From Octopus bimaculoides (Eukaryota), in NCBI RefSeq assembly GCF_001194135.2, contig NC_068992.1, forward strand, positions 29,021,728-29,069,048: a stretch of DNA of 47,321 nt, read 5' to 3'. The position numbers were made by a program, and so were the translations under genes. The notes below the pieces were generated by a model, which was given only the letters and a program-made list of their open reading frames with translations, was not told where the DNA came from and made no database searches. Numbering within the stretch: the stretch's first letter is position 1; each line of letters starts with the position of its first letter. Positions 1 to 11,884 of this stretch are shown here, piece by piece.

Positions 1-56
<56 letters not shown>
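1..56. repeat. (TA)n microsatellite
   Basis: Pure TA run at window start. Confidence 0.98.
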
Positions 57-57
<1 letters not shown>

Positions 58-137
58 GTGCGCACACACATAAACACACACACACGTACACACATGCATA
101 CATACATACATGCATAATACATATATACATATATATA

Positions 138-435
138 CACAGGATGCGAGAGGTATTTGAGGACATATTGATTTAATTTAGGACATATTGAGTAATTAAA
201 AAAAAAATTGTGCACATGTTCTCGATACACTTTCTTATAGTGTATCTCGAATGACTGCTTCAATGCGGGACCAGAATCGTTAATATACTTGCACTAAATA
301 GCTGGTCATCATTAATTTTGGTGATCAATTCGACAATGGCAGATTTCAGTGAAGCTATGATATAGCTTTCAGCAAACGTAGTAGTCCATGGAATTTAAAT
401 CAGTCGAGTTTGGAGGCCGCAAGTTTGATGTTACA
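138..435 (-). mobile_element. Tc1/mariner-superfamily transposon 3' end (decayed transposase C-terminus plus terminus)
   Basis: Minus strand reads LRPPNSTDLNSMDYYV...IASLKSAIVE, resembling the WPPNSPDLNPxDY motif. The terminus abuts TA at 136-137. Confidence 0.65.
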
Positions 436-439
436 TTAT

Positions 440-1790
440 CGTAATGATTGCTCGGCATTAATTCTGGGTTACATGCAGATTGTTATACCAAGTGAGGGAT
501 GAAATCGGTTTATCAGCCAAAAAAATACTAAGGGATGTTAATATCAGAATTAGAGAAACTACTATGTTACTGCAATGGGATAATAGCAGCAATATAATAA
601 TTCGGTTTAAGAATTTAAAGGATAAGAAGAGGACCAAATTTTCAGAGTTTGATATGTTAGGTTTTTATCCCTCAAAATCAAGATCTCCACTTGATAAGGC
701 GGTTGAGTTCGCTAAAACATGCTGATATAGACCATACATATCGCGGGTATCGTGTGATGTACCGAGGTGATCTATGATAGCGCAGACATCTACGTTCTTG
801 TAGGTCTCTTTATATTAAATACACTAAGACCCAAGTTCTCATTATATTAAATACACTGAGATCCAAACCGATACAGACGAATTGTTCGATGTACAAAGGG
901 GACCGTATGATAGTGCAGACATCTGCGATCTTTATATTAATTACACTGAGACCCAAGTTCCCATACCGTGATGTTAGTCTGTATCGGAACGATGGGTTAG
1001 GAATATCTCATGGCTGGGATGGTCACACTTGTGATAAATTTAGGAAAAACTCATTGATATATTCTGTTACTTAGGCCTCAATATCATAGTTAATACTAAT
1101 TTGTCAAAGGTCGAAATTTTGAATGTTTCCCCAGATCTAAACTCCCTCTTTTATTACCGTATCATAAGAAATATTACAACCCTTCAAGTAAAAATATGAA
1201 TCATAAAAATAGATCTAAAAATAGAGCTAAGAAAAGAATATGGTTGCTCCCCCTCACTTTTCCCTAAATGTTAAAACTGACGTAGGTACAAATACAGGAA
1301 GATTTTTAACAGACGCTCGAGAAGGACATAATCACTCATGAGCGTCACCTAGAGCTCACTCCCAGTTGTAACTGTCGAAACCCTCAAGTCTGCCAACTTA
1401 ACCAGGCATGTATGATAAACTCCGTCGTATATGGATCAAAAGTCACAGCAACGCTTCAAGATAACCTAATCGGAAAGAAAAAATAAATTGGCTTATGAGA
1501 AGGCGATTTCAAAAGACGTTATGCAAACCACTTATCTTCTTTCCGGTACGTAGACAAAAATAACTCACTAAGTTGGGTACCAACGTATGGAGTTTGAAGA
1601 CTAACTGCACACCTCATACAATCAAGTGAAGAATCGTAGAGAAATCCATGTTATATGTTAATTGATCTAAGAAATGTAACTTATGCGTAGCTGAAAGACC
1701 GCATATTCTTATATATCTAAGAATTTCACTGCACTACTGAATTCCAGATCAGAAATTTTCAGTAAATGTAAACATATGGACAAATTCTTT
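440..1790 (+). mobile_element. Penelope-like retroelement relic (RT plus C-terminal endonuclease region), frameshifted
   Basis: KFSEFDMLGFYPS (RT motif A-like), SLYRNDGLG (YRDDG motif C), PPHFSLNVKTDVG, VWSLKTNCTPHTIK*RIV, and CNLCVAER...LLNSRSEIFSKCKHMDKF. Confidence 0.8.
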
Positions 1791-2238
1791 TGCCGAACTG
1801 CAGGACACCACCCTTTCCGAATCGAGCAGCTGTCTCACAGACGTTGGGACACTGGGTTGAATTACTTTTAAAGAAGTAGCTTAATTATGGCTTTAAAGTC
1901 AAAGAGGACATAACCCTAATTTTTCTTCCATTTTCCTTTTTTGTTTCTATTCATCCCGCGAATCTTTGCATATATCTTCTCGTTGTTTCCTCATGATTTC
2001 TCTTGTACCAGCGTTCTGATTTATAAATTGAATACAACTCAGAGCCTGAGATTGGTTGGAGATGAAAAGTGTGCTATAAAAAGCTGTCTAGACCAGCGTT
2101 TCCAAAGCAAAAAAAACTATTAGCAGCTCGTATCTTTATACTGTGTACATTAAATAATATTTACCTCTTATTGGATTGAGTACATTTTGTTGATCCTATC
2201 TTAACGTAACAGTAAAATATATATATGTATATATATAA

Positions 2239-2284
<46 letters not shown>

Positions 2285-2889
2285 TCGCATACTCGCATAT
2301 ACATACATACATACACGTACGTACTTACATACATACACATACGCACATGCACACACACATTGAATCACTGAAGGGTATTTTATTTTATCTAACGCTGTAA
2401 GAGAAAACATAAAGTAGATACAGACACACTTGACAGTAATACAACGAAATGTTTCAATGAATTTTTGTTTACCGCACCGATTCCGCCATGCCACGCTCAT
2501 AGATACACATGCACACACACGTACACACATTTAATGCTCAATTTCAAAGCTACTGTGCGTGTATGCAGAGGCTATGTTGAATACAAGTAATATGCATATG
2601 CTTAGTCTCACTGTGAAAGTAGAGGCATAGATAAACGTAATAGGCTTCGGAATGTTGAAGTGATAACCAAAACGACGATTTTAATGACTCATCAGAGATC
2701 GCTTATCTCGCTTTACCAAATAATTACTTAAAATTAAAATGAAAAAAAACCCTGACATTCCGCGTATATACTCTGCAGAATGGAGTTCTTTTTAAAAGAA
2801 TAATTATACTTGAAAAAATACCAATTATATTCGAAAGACATTAACAGCAGCAGGACCTCCCCCCCACCAACAACAACAATGATAATAAT

Positions 2890-3090
2890 AATCCTTTCTA
2901 CTAGAGGCACAAGGCCAGAGATCTGGGGAGGGGAAATAATTGATTACGTCGACTCTATTGCGTAACTGGTACATATTTTATCAACCCGAAAGGATGAAAA
3001 GCGGAATTTGCAATCAGAGCGGCGTAAGGACGGAGGAAACGCTGCTTAGCATTGTACCCGGCGTGCTAACGATTCTTCCAGCTCGCCGCC
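2890..3090 (-). mobile_element. SINE with Deu/Nin-like core, flanked by (ATT)n
   Basis: Minus strand GGCGGCGAGCTGG...TTTCATCCTTTCGGGTTGATAAAAT...GTAGAAAGGATTATT. Homologous to copies at 3991 and 4298. Confidence 0.8.
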
Positions 3091-3143
<53 letters not shown>

Positions 3144-3165
3144 TAATAATAATAGAAATAATAAT
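3091..3165. repeat. (AAT)n microsatellite
   Basis: Direct reading. Confidence 0.95.
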
Positions 3166-3169
3166 GGCA

Positions 3170-3556
3170 ATCTGTCTCAGGAGAAGGAATACTCTGATTT
3201 CAAAACCGGTGTAGATAGGACTCCTTAGTCACAGTGGGCAAGCCTGACTCGTTCGTGAAACCGAGACGAGAAGTTTGGAAAAGGCAAGTATCTAGCGTCT
3301 CCAAATATCCAGTGCTCCGGTTAGGCTGTACTCGTTAACCTTGGGTGGCAGGCAGCCTAGATAAGTACCATTTCATTGCTATTGTGGAGTCCTTATAGCA
3401 CAGTTCTACCCGCATCAATCCTCTTCCCCCATTACTTCTAGTTTGGTACAGACGATCAACATCTGCTTTTAGGTGGTGCATGCTCTTAGAAGTTAATATC
3501 TTTCTTGTCTTACTGTCCAGGCGCTGGAGCTCTGTAAGATTCCAGCAAGATTCCAC
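3170..3556 (-). mobile_element. R4/Dong-like LINE fragment
   Basis: ORF WNLTELQRLDSKTRKILT...HHLKADVDRLYQTRSNGGRGL, the post-RT motif shared with the + strand copies in this window. Confidence 0.75.
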
Positions 3557-3740
3557 TTATTATTATTATTATTATTATTGTTCAGTAGTTTAATTTTATA
3601 ACGTGCTTTCACTTCACTACCGAGCGCAGCTCTGTGTGCTTTGGGCATGTGCTGTGGTTTGCTGTGTTGCTCTTATGGTTACTGTATTGAAAGTGTTTTG
3701 CGTTGGATGTGTGCAGTGGTCAGCAGTGCAATTTTCTGTA

Positions 3741-3744
<4 letters not shown>

Positions 3745-3813
<69 letters not shown>

Positions 3814-3886
3814 TTATGTTTGACTTTTGTTTTGCATTTGTACAAGTTGGATCCAAGTCTCACCCAGAGACCTCAAGAGACAACAA

Positions 3887-3930
<44 letters not shown>

Positions 3931-3985
3931 CATCATCATCATCATCGTCACCATCATCAGTCGTAGTAGTAGTAGTAGTAGTAAT
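3745..3985. repeat. Compound (ATT)n/(ATC)n/(GTA)n microsatellites
   Basis: Direct reading; source of the poly-Y/L/I ORFs. Confidence 0.9.
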
Positions 3986-3990
3986 ATTTA

Positions 3991-4200
3991 GGCGGTGAGC
4001 TGGTAGAATTGTCAGCACGCCGGGCGAAACACTTAGCGGTATTTCGTCTGTCTTTATGTTCTGAGTTCCAATTCCACCGAGGTCAACTTTGCCTTTCATC
4101 CTTTCAGGGTCGATAGATTAAGTACCTGTTGCGTACTGGTGACGATGTAATCGACTGACCCCTCCCCCAAATTTCAGGCCTTATGACTATAGTAGAAAAA
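3991..4200 (+). mobile_element. SINE with Deu/Nin-like core and (ATT)n tail
   Basis: GGCGGTGAGCTGG head, GAGTTCCAATTCC B-box-like sequence, GGTCAACTTTGCCTTTCATCCTTTCAGGGTCGATAG core, followed by (TTA)n. Confidence 0.85.
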
Positions 4201-4223
4201 TTATTATTATTATTATTATTATA

Positions 4224-4270
<47 letters not shown>

Positions 4271-4297
4271 CATTATTATTATTATTATGATTATTAA

Positions 4298-4463
4298 GGC
4301 GGTGAGATGGCAGAATCCTTAGTGCGCTGGATGAAATGCTTAGCGGTATTTCGCTCGTCGCTACCTTCTGGGTTTAAATTCCGTCGAGGTCGACTTTACT
4401 TTGCCTTTCATCCTTTCGTGATCGATAAAATAAGCACCAGTTGAACAATGAGATCGATGTAAC
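4298..4463 (+). mobile_element. Second tandem copy of the same SINE, 3'-truncated
   Basis: GGCGGTGAGATGG...GGTCGACTT...GCCTTTCATCCTTTCGTGATCGATAAAAT. Ends where the inverted hammerhead element begins. Confidence 0.85.
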
Positions 4464-4670
4464 AGTACATGGAATTTATGTCTCTACACTATCTACTTGT
4501 AATAACAAAATATGAGCTGTTCTATATTTAATAGATGAGGAATTATGTACATTATTTACATTATTTACATTTGACCGATACTTGTCCTCATCTTGTTTGT
4601 TGTTAACATAACGTTTTGGTTGATATACCCTCCAGCCTTCATCAGGTGTCTTGGGTAAGGTATTTTTCGA

Positions 4671-4750
<80 letters not shown>

Positions 4751-4821
4751 TCATTGCCGGGAATCGAACTCGGAATCTTGAGCTTAGTAGCCCGCTCTCT
4801 TAACCGCTACATCATATCCCC
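4464..4821 (-). mobile_element. tRNA-headed, hammerhead-tailed non-autonomous element (arm with head)
   Basis: Minus strand: A-box TAGCGGTTAAG (4799-4809), B-box GAGTTCGATTCC (about 4760-4771), (AAT)n, mutated hammerhead (4605-4650), tail. Homologous to 46012-46265. Confidence 0.8.
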
Positions 4822-4828
4822 TTGGCGT

Positions 4829-4849
4829 AGTGACCTGAATGATAATAAT

Positions 4850-4916
<67 letters not shown>

Positions 4917-5153
4917 GCATCGAAAAATATCTTAGAAATGAGAACCCAGGTTTGAAATTTCCCCGAGACACCTGATGAAGGCTGGAGGGTATATCAGCCG
5001 AAACGTTATGTTAACAAAAAACAAGATGAGGACAAATATCCGTCAAATGTAAATAATGTAAATGATGTACATAATTCCTCATCTATTAAATATAGAACAG
5101 CTCATATTTTGTTATTAGAAGTGGATAGTGTAGAGACATAAATTCCATGTACT
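4829..5153 (+). mobile_element. Headless inverted arm of the same element
   Basis: GTGACCTGAAT-(AAT)n-CATCGAAAAAT...hammerhead...tail. 4961-5153 is the reverse complement of 4464-4655. Confidence 0.85.
4967..5012 (+). ncRNA. Minimal type I hammerhead ribozyme motif
   Basis: GACAC-CTGATGA-A-GGCTG/CAGCC stem II-GAAA-CG-TT-ATGTT. Palindromic AACGTT stem III; one mismatch at the first stem I pair. Confidence 0.7.
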
Positions 5154-5540
5154 ATTCATTTAAAGGGATCTTGTGATTTGAATGAAATTTTGAGAATGTA
5201 CTAGTAAGGATAAGTAGACAGAGAGAAGAGAATAGATATGTATGTTTGGAGGAGAATGGTATTAGTCAAAAGGAATAGGGGAAAAAGAAAGAAAAAAGAA
5301 GAAAATGAAAAAGGATTGCTAGATGGCGGTCAAAATATTGTGAGGAGGATGGGAGAAGAGAGTTATCATGATAAAAGGAATAGGAGAGGGATAGAAGGAA
5401 GAGATAAGAATGTAAAGAAGGAATATGTGTGAGAAGTGGGTGGTGGGGGTGATATGTTTGAAAGGCGCTAAGGTGGGGAGATAGGTTTTGGTGTCTAATT
5501 TTATTTAACACACACACATGCACAGACACACATATATATA

Positions 5541-5870
5541 CGGGGTGCCCCCACCAAATGTATATACACTTTAAATAATTGTAAAGTAGGTGTTTATTAA
5601 AATACATTTCATTTTCAAAATTTAATAGAATCTACAGACATTATTTTATTGTTTTGTCAATCCCTTTCAAACTGACGTCAGTTCTGGTTCATACACTGCT
5701 GACAACGCGAAGCAATGGAATCGCAAACATCACGGAACAATTCATTTGGTATTTGTGTGCATTCTCGTTCAATGGCCGCTCTCAAATCAGCAACTGTTGC
5801 AGGTTCCATAGCATATACTTTCTCTTTTAGGTATCCCCATAAAAAAAGCCTAGTGGTGTTGGGAAGGTTG
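5541..5870 (-). mobile_element. Tc1/mariner-superfamily (DD37D maT-like) 3' fragment
   Basis: Minus strand PLGFFLWGYLKEKVYAMEPATVADLRAAIERECTQIP...SRCQQC. Terminus TA|CGGGGTGCCC. Confidence 0.8.
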
Positions 5871-5931
5871 GGTCTACAACCAGGCCATTCGCAGGACCCT
5901 TAAAGTCAGGAACTTTTCAGCACCCCTCATA
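5871..5931. mobile_element. Mariner-like terminal inverted repeat fragment
   Basis: ...GGAACTTTTCAGCACCCCTCATA; its reverse complement resembles the terminus at 16213. Confidence 0.45.
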
Positions 5932-5990
5932 TGTATGTGTGTATGTATGTATGTTTGTATGTATGTATTTATGTATGTGTGTGTATGTGT

Positions 5991-6036
<46 letters not shown>

Positions 6037-6239
6037 CACAAAAACAGAAATAGGAGCAGTATTTCTGTGAGCATTGCCTAGGATCAGTTGTTGATAGGGG
6101 ATGAAGTATTTTCTGGTCCCGATGAGAAAAGAGTAATGTTTGGGATGTAGTTTTTATTATTTTGGTGCCGCAACTTATTAGGAGTATATACAACCAAATT
6201 GTACAACACAATGAGATTCATAATAGCTAACAAAGAAAA

Positions 6240-8310
6240 GGGAAACAAAAAGCACAAAAATAATTCTATAGACCTGACATAGCAATTCTAGCAAAGATTT
6301 TACCAAGGCAGTCAAAACCGATAGTCAGTGAAAATCTCTCGGAATGGATGAAATCGAAATCTGTCATTGCTTGTGAATGTATATAATATGTATATATGAA
6401 GTTTTACGTCATCCAAGAGATAGCGAAATGATATTAATTCCTTTAACTATAAAAACTAAGAACCATAAAAGCTACAGACCTGTTTACCAACAATGTGTAA
6501 ATACCTGATATCTATATTCTCCATCTGGCTGCTCATCTAGAAGATAATAAATATATTATCAGAACAGCAGAAATAGTGTCAGAGGGCGATGTATAGATGT
6601 AAAGAGCAAATATTGGGAAATCGAGCAGTTACTGAAGACAGCATATAAAGAAACATAAATCTTAGCATGTCATGGATTGATTATCGAAAAGCCTAAGATA
6701 TACCACATTTCATACCATACTTCAGTATGTTATTGAAAATCCTTCGACATCATTTCACATTTATGGATATTGGAAAAACTGCACATAAACAAAGCGGCTT
6801 GATATACTAAGGGAATAAATATATCAACCATGCCATGTCAAAATGGAAATTATCTAAACGGAAAACAAACAAACTTAATCATAGAGAGAAAATGATAAAA
6901 TACAGCCATATTCCCATAATAACAGGAATGTTTCATGTGAACTTCTTACTCCTTACCGCAAATTCTCTACTATTTAGCCCTTGGCTTTACTAAAACCTAA
7001 ATCCCTTATATCTAACTTGAGGTTGTTACAAATGACATGAACAAGCTATAAACCTTACACTTATATGAATGATTTAATCCACATGGGAAAACCTATTGAA
7101 ATATGTACATAGATTATAAATGTGACATTAAAATGAGTGTTGGATCAGGGCCAAAAGTGCTTAAGGTGTTCTGAGAAGCAAATAAATTTGAAGTCAGATT
7201 TAGACGCTAGAATCATGATATACGCAGTCTTCGAAGTACCCAGGAGTAACGGAAACTGATAAGATAAAGCACAAAAACTGAACGAGAAAATTTGAAGAAA
7301 ATAGCAGAGAAAAGCTCGGATAATGCAAGTAAAAGTTGTAAACTATAACCACAATATAAGAAGGCCAACAGCAAATTGAGGAGTATATTATATAGGGAAA
7401 ATGCAGGATAGAAGTGTCAGACTGGTATTTAAAAATCGAACCCAATACTAGTGATAACAGTATAGGTATAAATACACGAGCCTATGTATGGAGTCCGCCA
7501 TGCGAAAGCTGATATTAACCGGTTGCACTTGAAGACAGACCAGAGTGAAAGGAGTTTAATTGCTCAGGAAGAGTGTGTACAGATGGAAGGAAAAATCCAG
7601 CTAGAATATTTACTAAATTAAACCACAGTTTGAATGAATGAAACACTTTATGGTAGCTTGATTTACCAGAAATAACGTCAAAAATCTAATTGAAGTCATT
7701 CGGATGACTTTAGGAAAAACGGGATGGTTATAAATGGGAACATATTCGATAAAATATAGTTTAGCTCTTTAGCGAACCCAACCCTAATTGGGTCAGCTGG
7801 ACGGGTAAACTACATTAAGATCTATTTCAGTAGAAGGGGCCTAAATGCAAATAACTACTTAGTTTTGGGCAAGAAAGAACAGATTCATTAGATAATAAGA
7901 GAGTATAGCAATGCAAACCAAAATAAGTTCTCGAGCTATAAGGGAACAACAAGGTAATAATTATAATCAAAATATTAATGAGAAAAACAATTTCAGATAA
8001 GAACGAAGCAATAGAAAACGTTAAAAAAGATGCAAATGATAACCGAACTGGCAGAATAACGGTAACAATTGTAGAGAAAAACTTCTCCAGTGTTAATAAC
8101 CTGCCAAACTGGACTGAGAGGAAGTGAAACTATATAAAATATAACTATTACTCAAAAAACCCCCCAGGAGCGGAAGGTCTGATTTTTTAGCAGCACAAGA
8201 TCAATGTCTAACCACAAACACTAGAAAAGAAATCAATAAAGCAAGTAGTTGACGTCAATCAAAATAAAAAGCTAATTGTACATATAATTTCCGGCGCCTC
8301 AGTCCCTTGC
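6240..8310 (+). mobile_element. R4/Dong-like LINE relic (RT to post-RT)
   Basis: Decayed YRP..LPTM.K, EQQK, NLSMSWIDYRKA*D (RT motif) and downstream VRHAKADINRLHL..DQSERSL. Confidence 0.75.
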
Positions 8311-8428
8311 AATGATACACTCACACACACACACACACACACACNNNNNNNNNNNNNNNNNNNNNNNNNNNNNNNNNNNNNNNNNNNNNNNNNNNNNNNN
8401 NNNNNNNNNNNNNNNNNNNNNNNNNNNN

Positions 8429-8459
<31 letters not shown>

Positions 8460-9059
8460 GTATGCTTAACATATATATACATAATACTTATATTTATATG
8501 CATACACACACACAAATACATATATTATCTATGTGTAAGTATGCACGTGTCTTCTGGTGTGCATCCACAGAGATGACAGTATAGGTATTTATATCCATTA
8601 GGTAATATAAGAACACATCGGCAACACAAGTGAGATTAAATGGTGTACGTATACATAGAATCCGGTAAATAATAGTGAAATGATTATGCTAGACTGGATC
8701 ATACATGCTTGGACTTATTAGAACTTTATAGCAAAACACTGGTAAAATCTGCATGATGCAACCAATACCTGCAGTATGTATTGAATGCATCTTCAGGTGC
8801 AACTTTTACCCAAACAGTTCCATCTAGTGTGGTAAGCTCTATGATTTAAGTTCTATGATTTCTCCATGTTCTTTGGTTATTGCTAGTACTCAGGCTTGAT
8901 CTCTGTAGAGTGGAACGTTGGTTGTTACCTTTGCAACCCGTCATTCTATGTAGGACGGCATTAGCACGAATTCTTGTGATCTGCGCGCCTCTTGTTCACT
9001 GTGGTAATAACAACAACTGCAACTGCAACAACAACAACAACAATAATTATAATAATAAG

Positions 9060-10400
9060 AAAACTAAATTAATTATGGGATGTAGGCTCTATCGAAAAAA
9101 CAAGATCAGGGCAATGAACACACGGGATGTTTCCTTAATGCGATATGGTATTGTTAGGCGGACAAAGAACGAGCCCAAGGATATGGTAAGGGAAACCAGA
9201 AATGTGATGATAATTAACAAGGAACTACATCCCAAGATCAATAATGACAGACTGTATGTGACTAGGAACAGGGGAAGAAGAGGCCTCATGGGATGCAAGA
9301 TTTGTATTGTCAACTAGAAGAGCAGTCTGGAATGGGACATCAAACAACAGAGTGAATCCTTGCTTGCTGCTTTTAGAATTAACAATATAATACCTATCGA
9401 AAATGTGATGCACCCACAAACATTTAAGAAACAAGATGAAGAAAGCATAAACAATAAGAAAATGAAATAACCGCATGAGCAATACCTCAGACAAATCGAA
9501 GGAAAAGACAAGATCAACACTTGGAGATGGTTAAGAAAAAGTGATCTGAAAGGATACACTGAGGCATTGATGTGGAACGCTCAAGAACAAGCCCTGAAAA
9601 CTAATCACACCAAGTTCTTAATAAATAAGAGTAGCGAATCGCCTCTTTGTAAGATGTGTGGCAGTAGAAGCTAAACAATCTCATATTATGGGTGAGTGTA
9701 GCAAGCTGACCCAAAAGCATTACAAAAGGAGGTACGACAACGTGGAGAAGTTCGTCCACTGGAGGCTGTGTGGAAATTATGTCCTGAACAGAGCACAGAA
9801 ATGGTACGAACATGAACCAGAAGGTGTCACGGGAACAAGGAAAACAAGATACTGTGGGATTTTACAATTCAACGTGATCACCTAATCGATGCTCGGAGAC
9901 CAGATATTGCTGTGGTAGATAAAATAATGAAAGAAACCAAGATTATAAATATTGCAATACCTGGAGACGCAAGCATAAGTGACAAAGAACTAGAAAAGAT
10001 TGAAAAATGCAAACTACTAAAAGACAAAGTTGCAAGAATGTGGACTATGAGGAGAGTGTTTGTTATTCCAATACTGATATGTGCAATCGGAGCATGAAAA
10101 ACCAAGTTCAAGAAATATGTCAGAGAAATCGGAATTGACATGAGAGCAGAGCAAGCCCCCAAAACTGCTCTGCTGAGGAGAGCTAGGATTTTGAGATTGG
10201 GACTTGGATGTCGAATGTCTTCTACGATAATTAACAACCAAGTACCAAAACTTATAATGTGCGGAAATAGACCCCGTAAGACCTCTGACAGCAGGCTGCT
10301 GTCCGCTCTCATAGTATCTACCAATATAACAAGACCGAGCGCTCTAAGAAGTAAAGCAACGACAACAACAATGATTTCTTTTGTTTGCCAGCAGGGTGAA
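9060..10400 (+). mobile_element. R4/Dong-like LINE 3' half (CCHC finger plus restriction-like endonuclease)
   Basis: LHPKINNDRLYVTRNRGRRGL; LCKMCG...SHIMGECSKLTQKHYKRRYDNV; WYEHEPE; RRPDIAVVDK; KELEKIEK; VIPILICAIG. Confidence 0.9.
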
Positions 10401-10689
10401 GGATAAGGGGATAATACAAAGACAGAAATAAAGCGTTGGTGTTTACATATAATGGAATGACAATGATAATAAAAAAACGAGTATACACAGTATACATTAA
10501 GAGGAGGGAAGTATACATAGTATACAGCTCTAAGAAAGAAAAAAAAAAGAAAGAATGATGGGGTCCTCCTGATACAGGGAGGACCTATAGGGATAATTGA
10601 GAAACCTCACCACCCAAGATCACCCTGAAACCAAGGAAAATGCTCTTTCCAACTCCTTTCCCCCGACTAGAGATAAAGTAGCATTGATT

Positions 10690-11455
10690 AAGATAAAAAA
10701 TGGTCATGGCTTAGAAATGGCGATCTGAAAGAATGCCCTAAAGTTGTTATATGCAACAGCCAGGAGCAGGCTCTCTGAACTAACTTCATTAAGCATCTTG
10801 TTGTCAAAAAGAAAGAATTACCATTATGTAGAATGCGTGAAACAAAAGGAGAAACGCTCAGCCATCTGGTATTCAAATTTCCTAAGTTGGCACAGCAAGA
10901 GTACAATAGATGACATGATAATGTTGCCAGAGATTGGATGATATATGAGAAATGTGGGTCTGTTAGAGAAGCTAAATGGTTATGAGTAGAAACCAGAAGG
11001 TGTGTTAGGGAATGATAAATTTAAGGTTTTGTGCAACATTGTTGTTAACAAGAAAGAAAAAAAGAAGCCCAAATTACCATCGAAATAGTAGAGTGAAAAA
11101 TAGAGTCTGAAAAGATGGAGAAGTATGAATCACTGAAGAAGGAAGTTGGAAAGTTATGGGAGATGAAGGTCTTAGTGATTCCGGTGGTGATGAAAGCATT
11201 GAGATTCATATCGGATAGTTTTGTGGACAGCGTAAATAAAATCGGAATTGATGCAAGGTTACAGGTCATGCAGAAGACAGCACTTCTTGATACAACAAAG
11301 ATTTTAAGGAGAGTCTTGTCTATGTAAGGCACAGGAGAAGAAGCAGTAAGGGGCCTTTGTCAAATTGTTGACTGCTCCCTAACAGAAATGTCTGGACCGT
11401 TTAACATCTAAGTGTTTGAGATTTACGATAATGAAATGTAATAATAATAATAATC
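10690..11455 (+). mobile_element. R4/Dong-like LINE 3' end with UTR and (TAA)n tail
   Basis: ORF EKYESLKKEVGKLWEMKVLVIPVV...QKTALLDTTKILRRVL*, then about 110 bp of UTR and (TAA)n at about 11438. Confidence 0.85.
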
Positions 11456-11499
11456 ATAATGGTTTCAAATTTTGCCACAACGGCAGCCATTTGGAATAT

Positions 11500-11548
11500 T
11501 AATAACAACAACAACAACAATAATAATGATGATGATGATAATAATAAT

Positions 11549-11586
<38 letters not shown>

Positions 11587-11590
11587 CAAC

Positions 11591-11625
<35 letters not shown>

Positions 11626-11629
11626 CAAC

Positions 11630-11685
<56 letters not shown>

Positions 11686-11700
11686 TAATAATAATGATAA
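11500..11700. repeat. (AAT)n/(AAC)n compound microsatellite
   Basis: Direct reading. Confidence 0.95.
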
Positions 11701-11884
11701 TTTTTATTTATTTATTTATTTATTTATTTTTAAATACATATTTTACCTGTGAATTTGCGTGTGTAAACTGGGAATGCATACAATGAGTTTCTCTGCCCTC
11801 GGCGAGAAATGGAAGAAAATTTGAAGAAAGAAGAAAAACAAAACAACATAATAATAATAATAATAATAGAAAAAGATCCATATC

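Noticed and set aside
2665-2700. Minus-strand CTGATGAGTC
   Set aside because: No downstream GAAA in register.
4749-4821. Possible bona fide tRNA gene (also 46012-46085)
   Set aside because: Acceptor stem is poor and the two copies differ in stems; both are fused to the same repeat body, so they are SINE-type heads.
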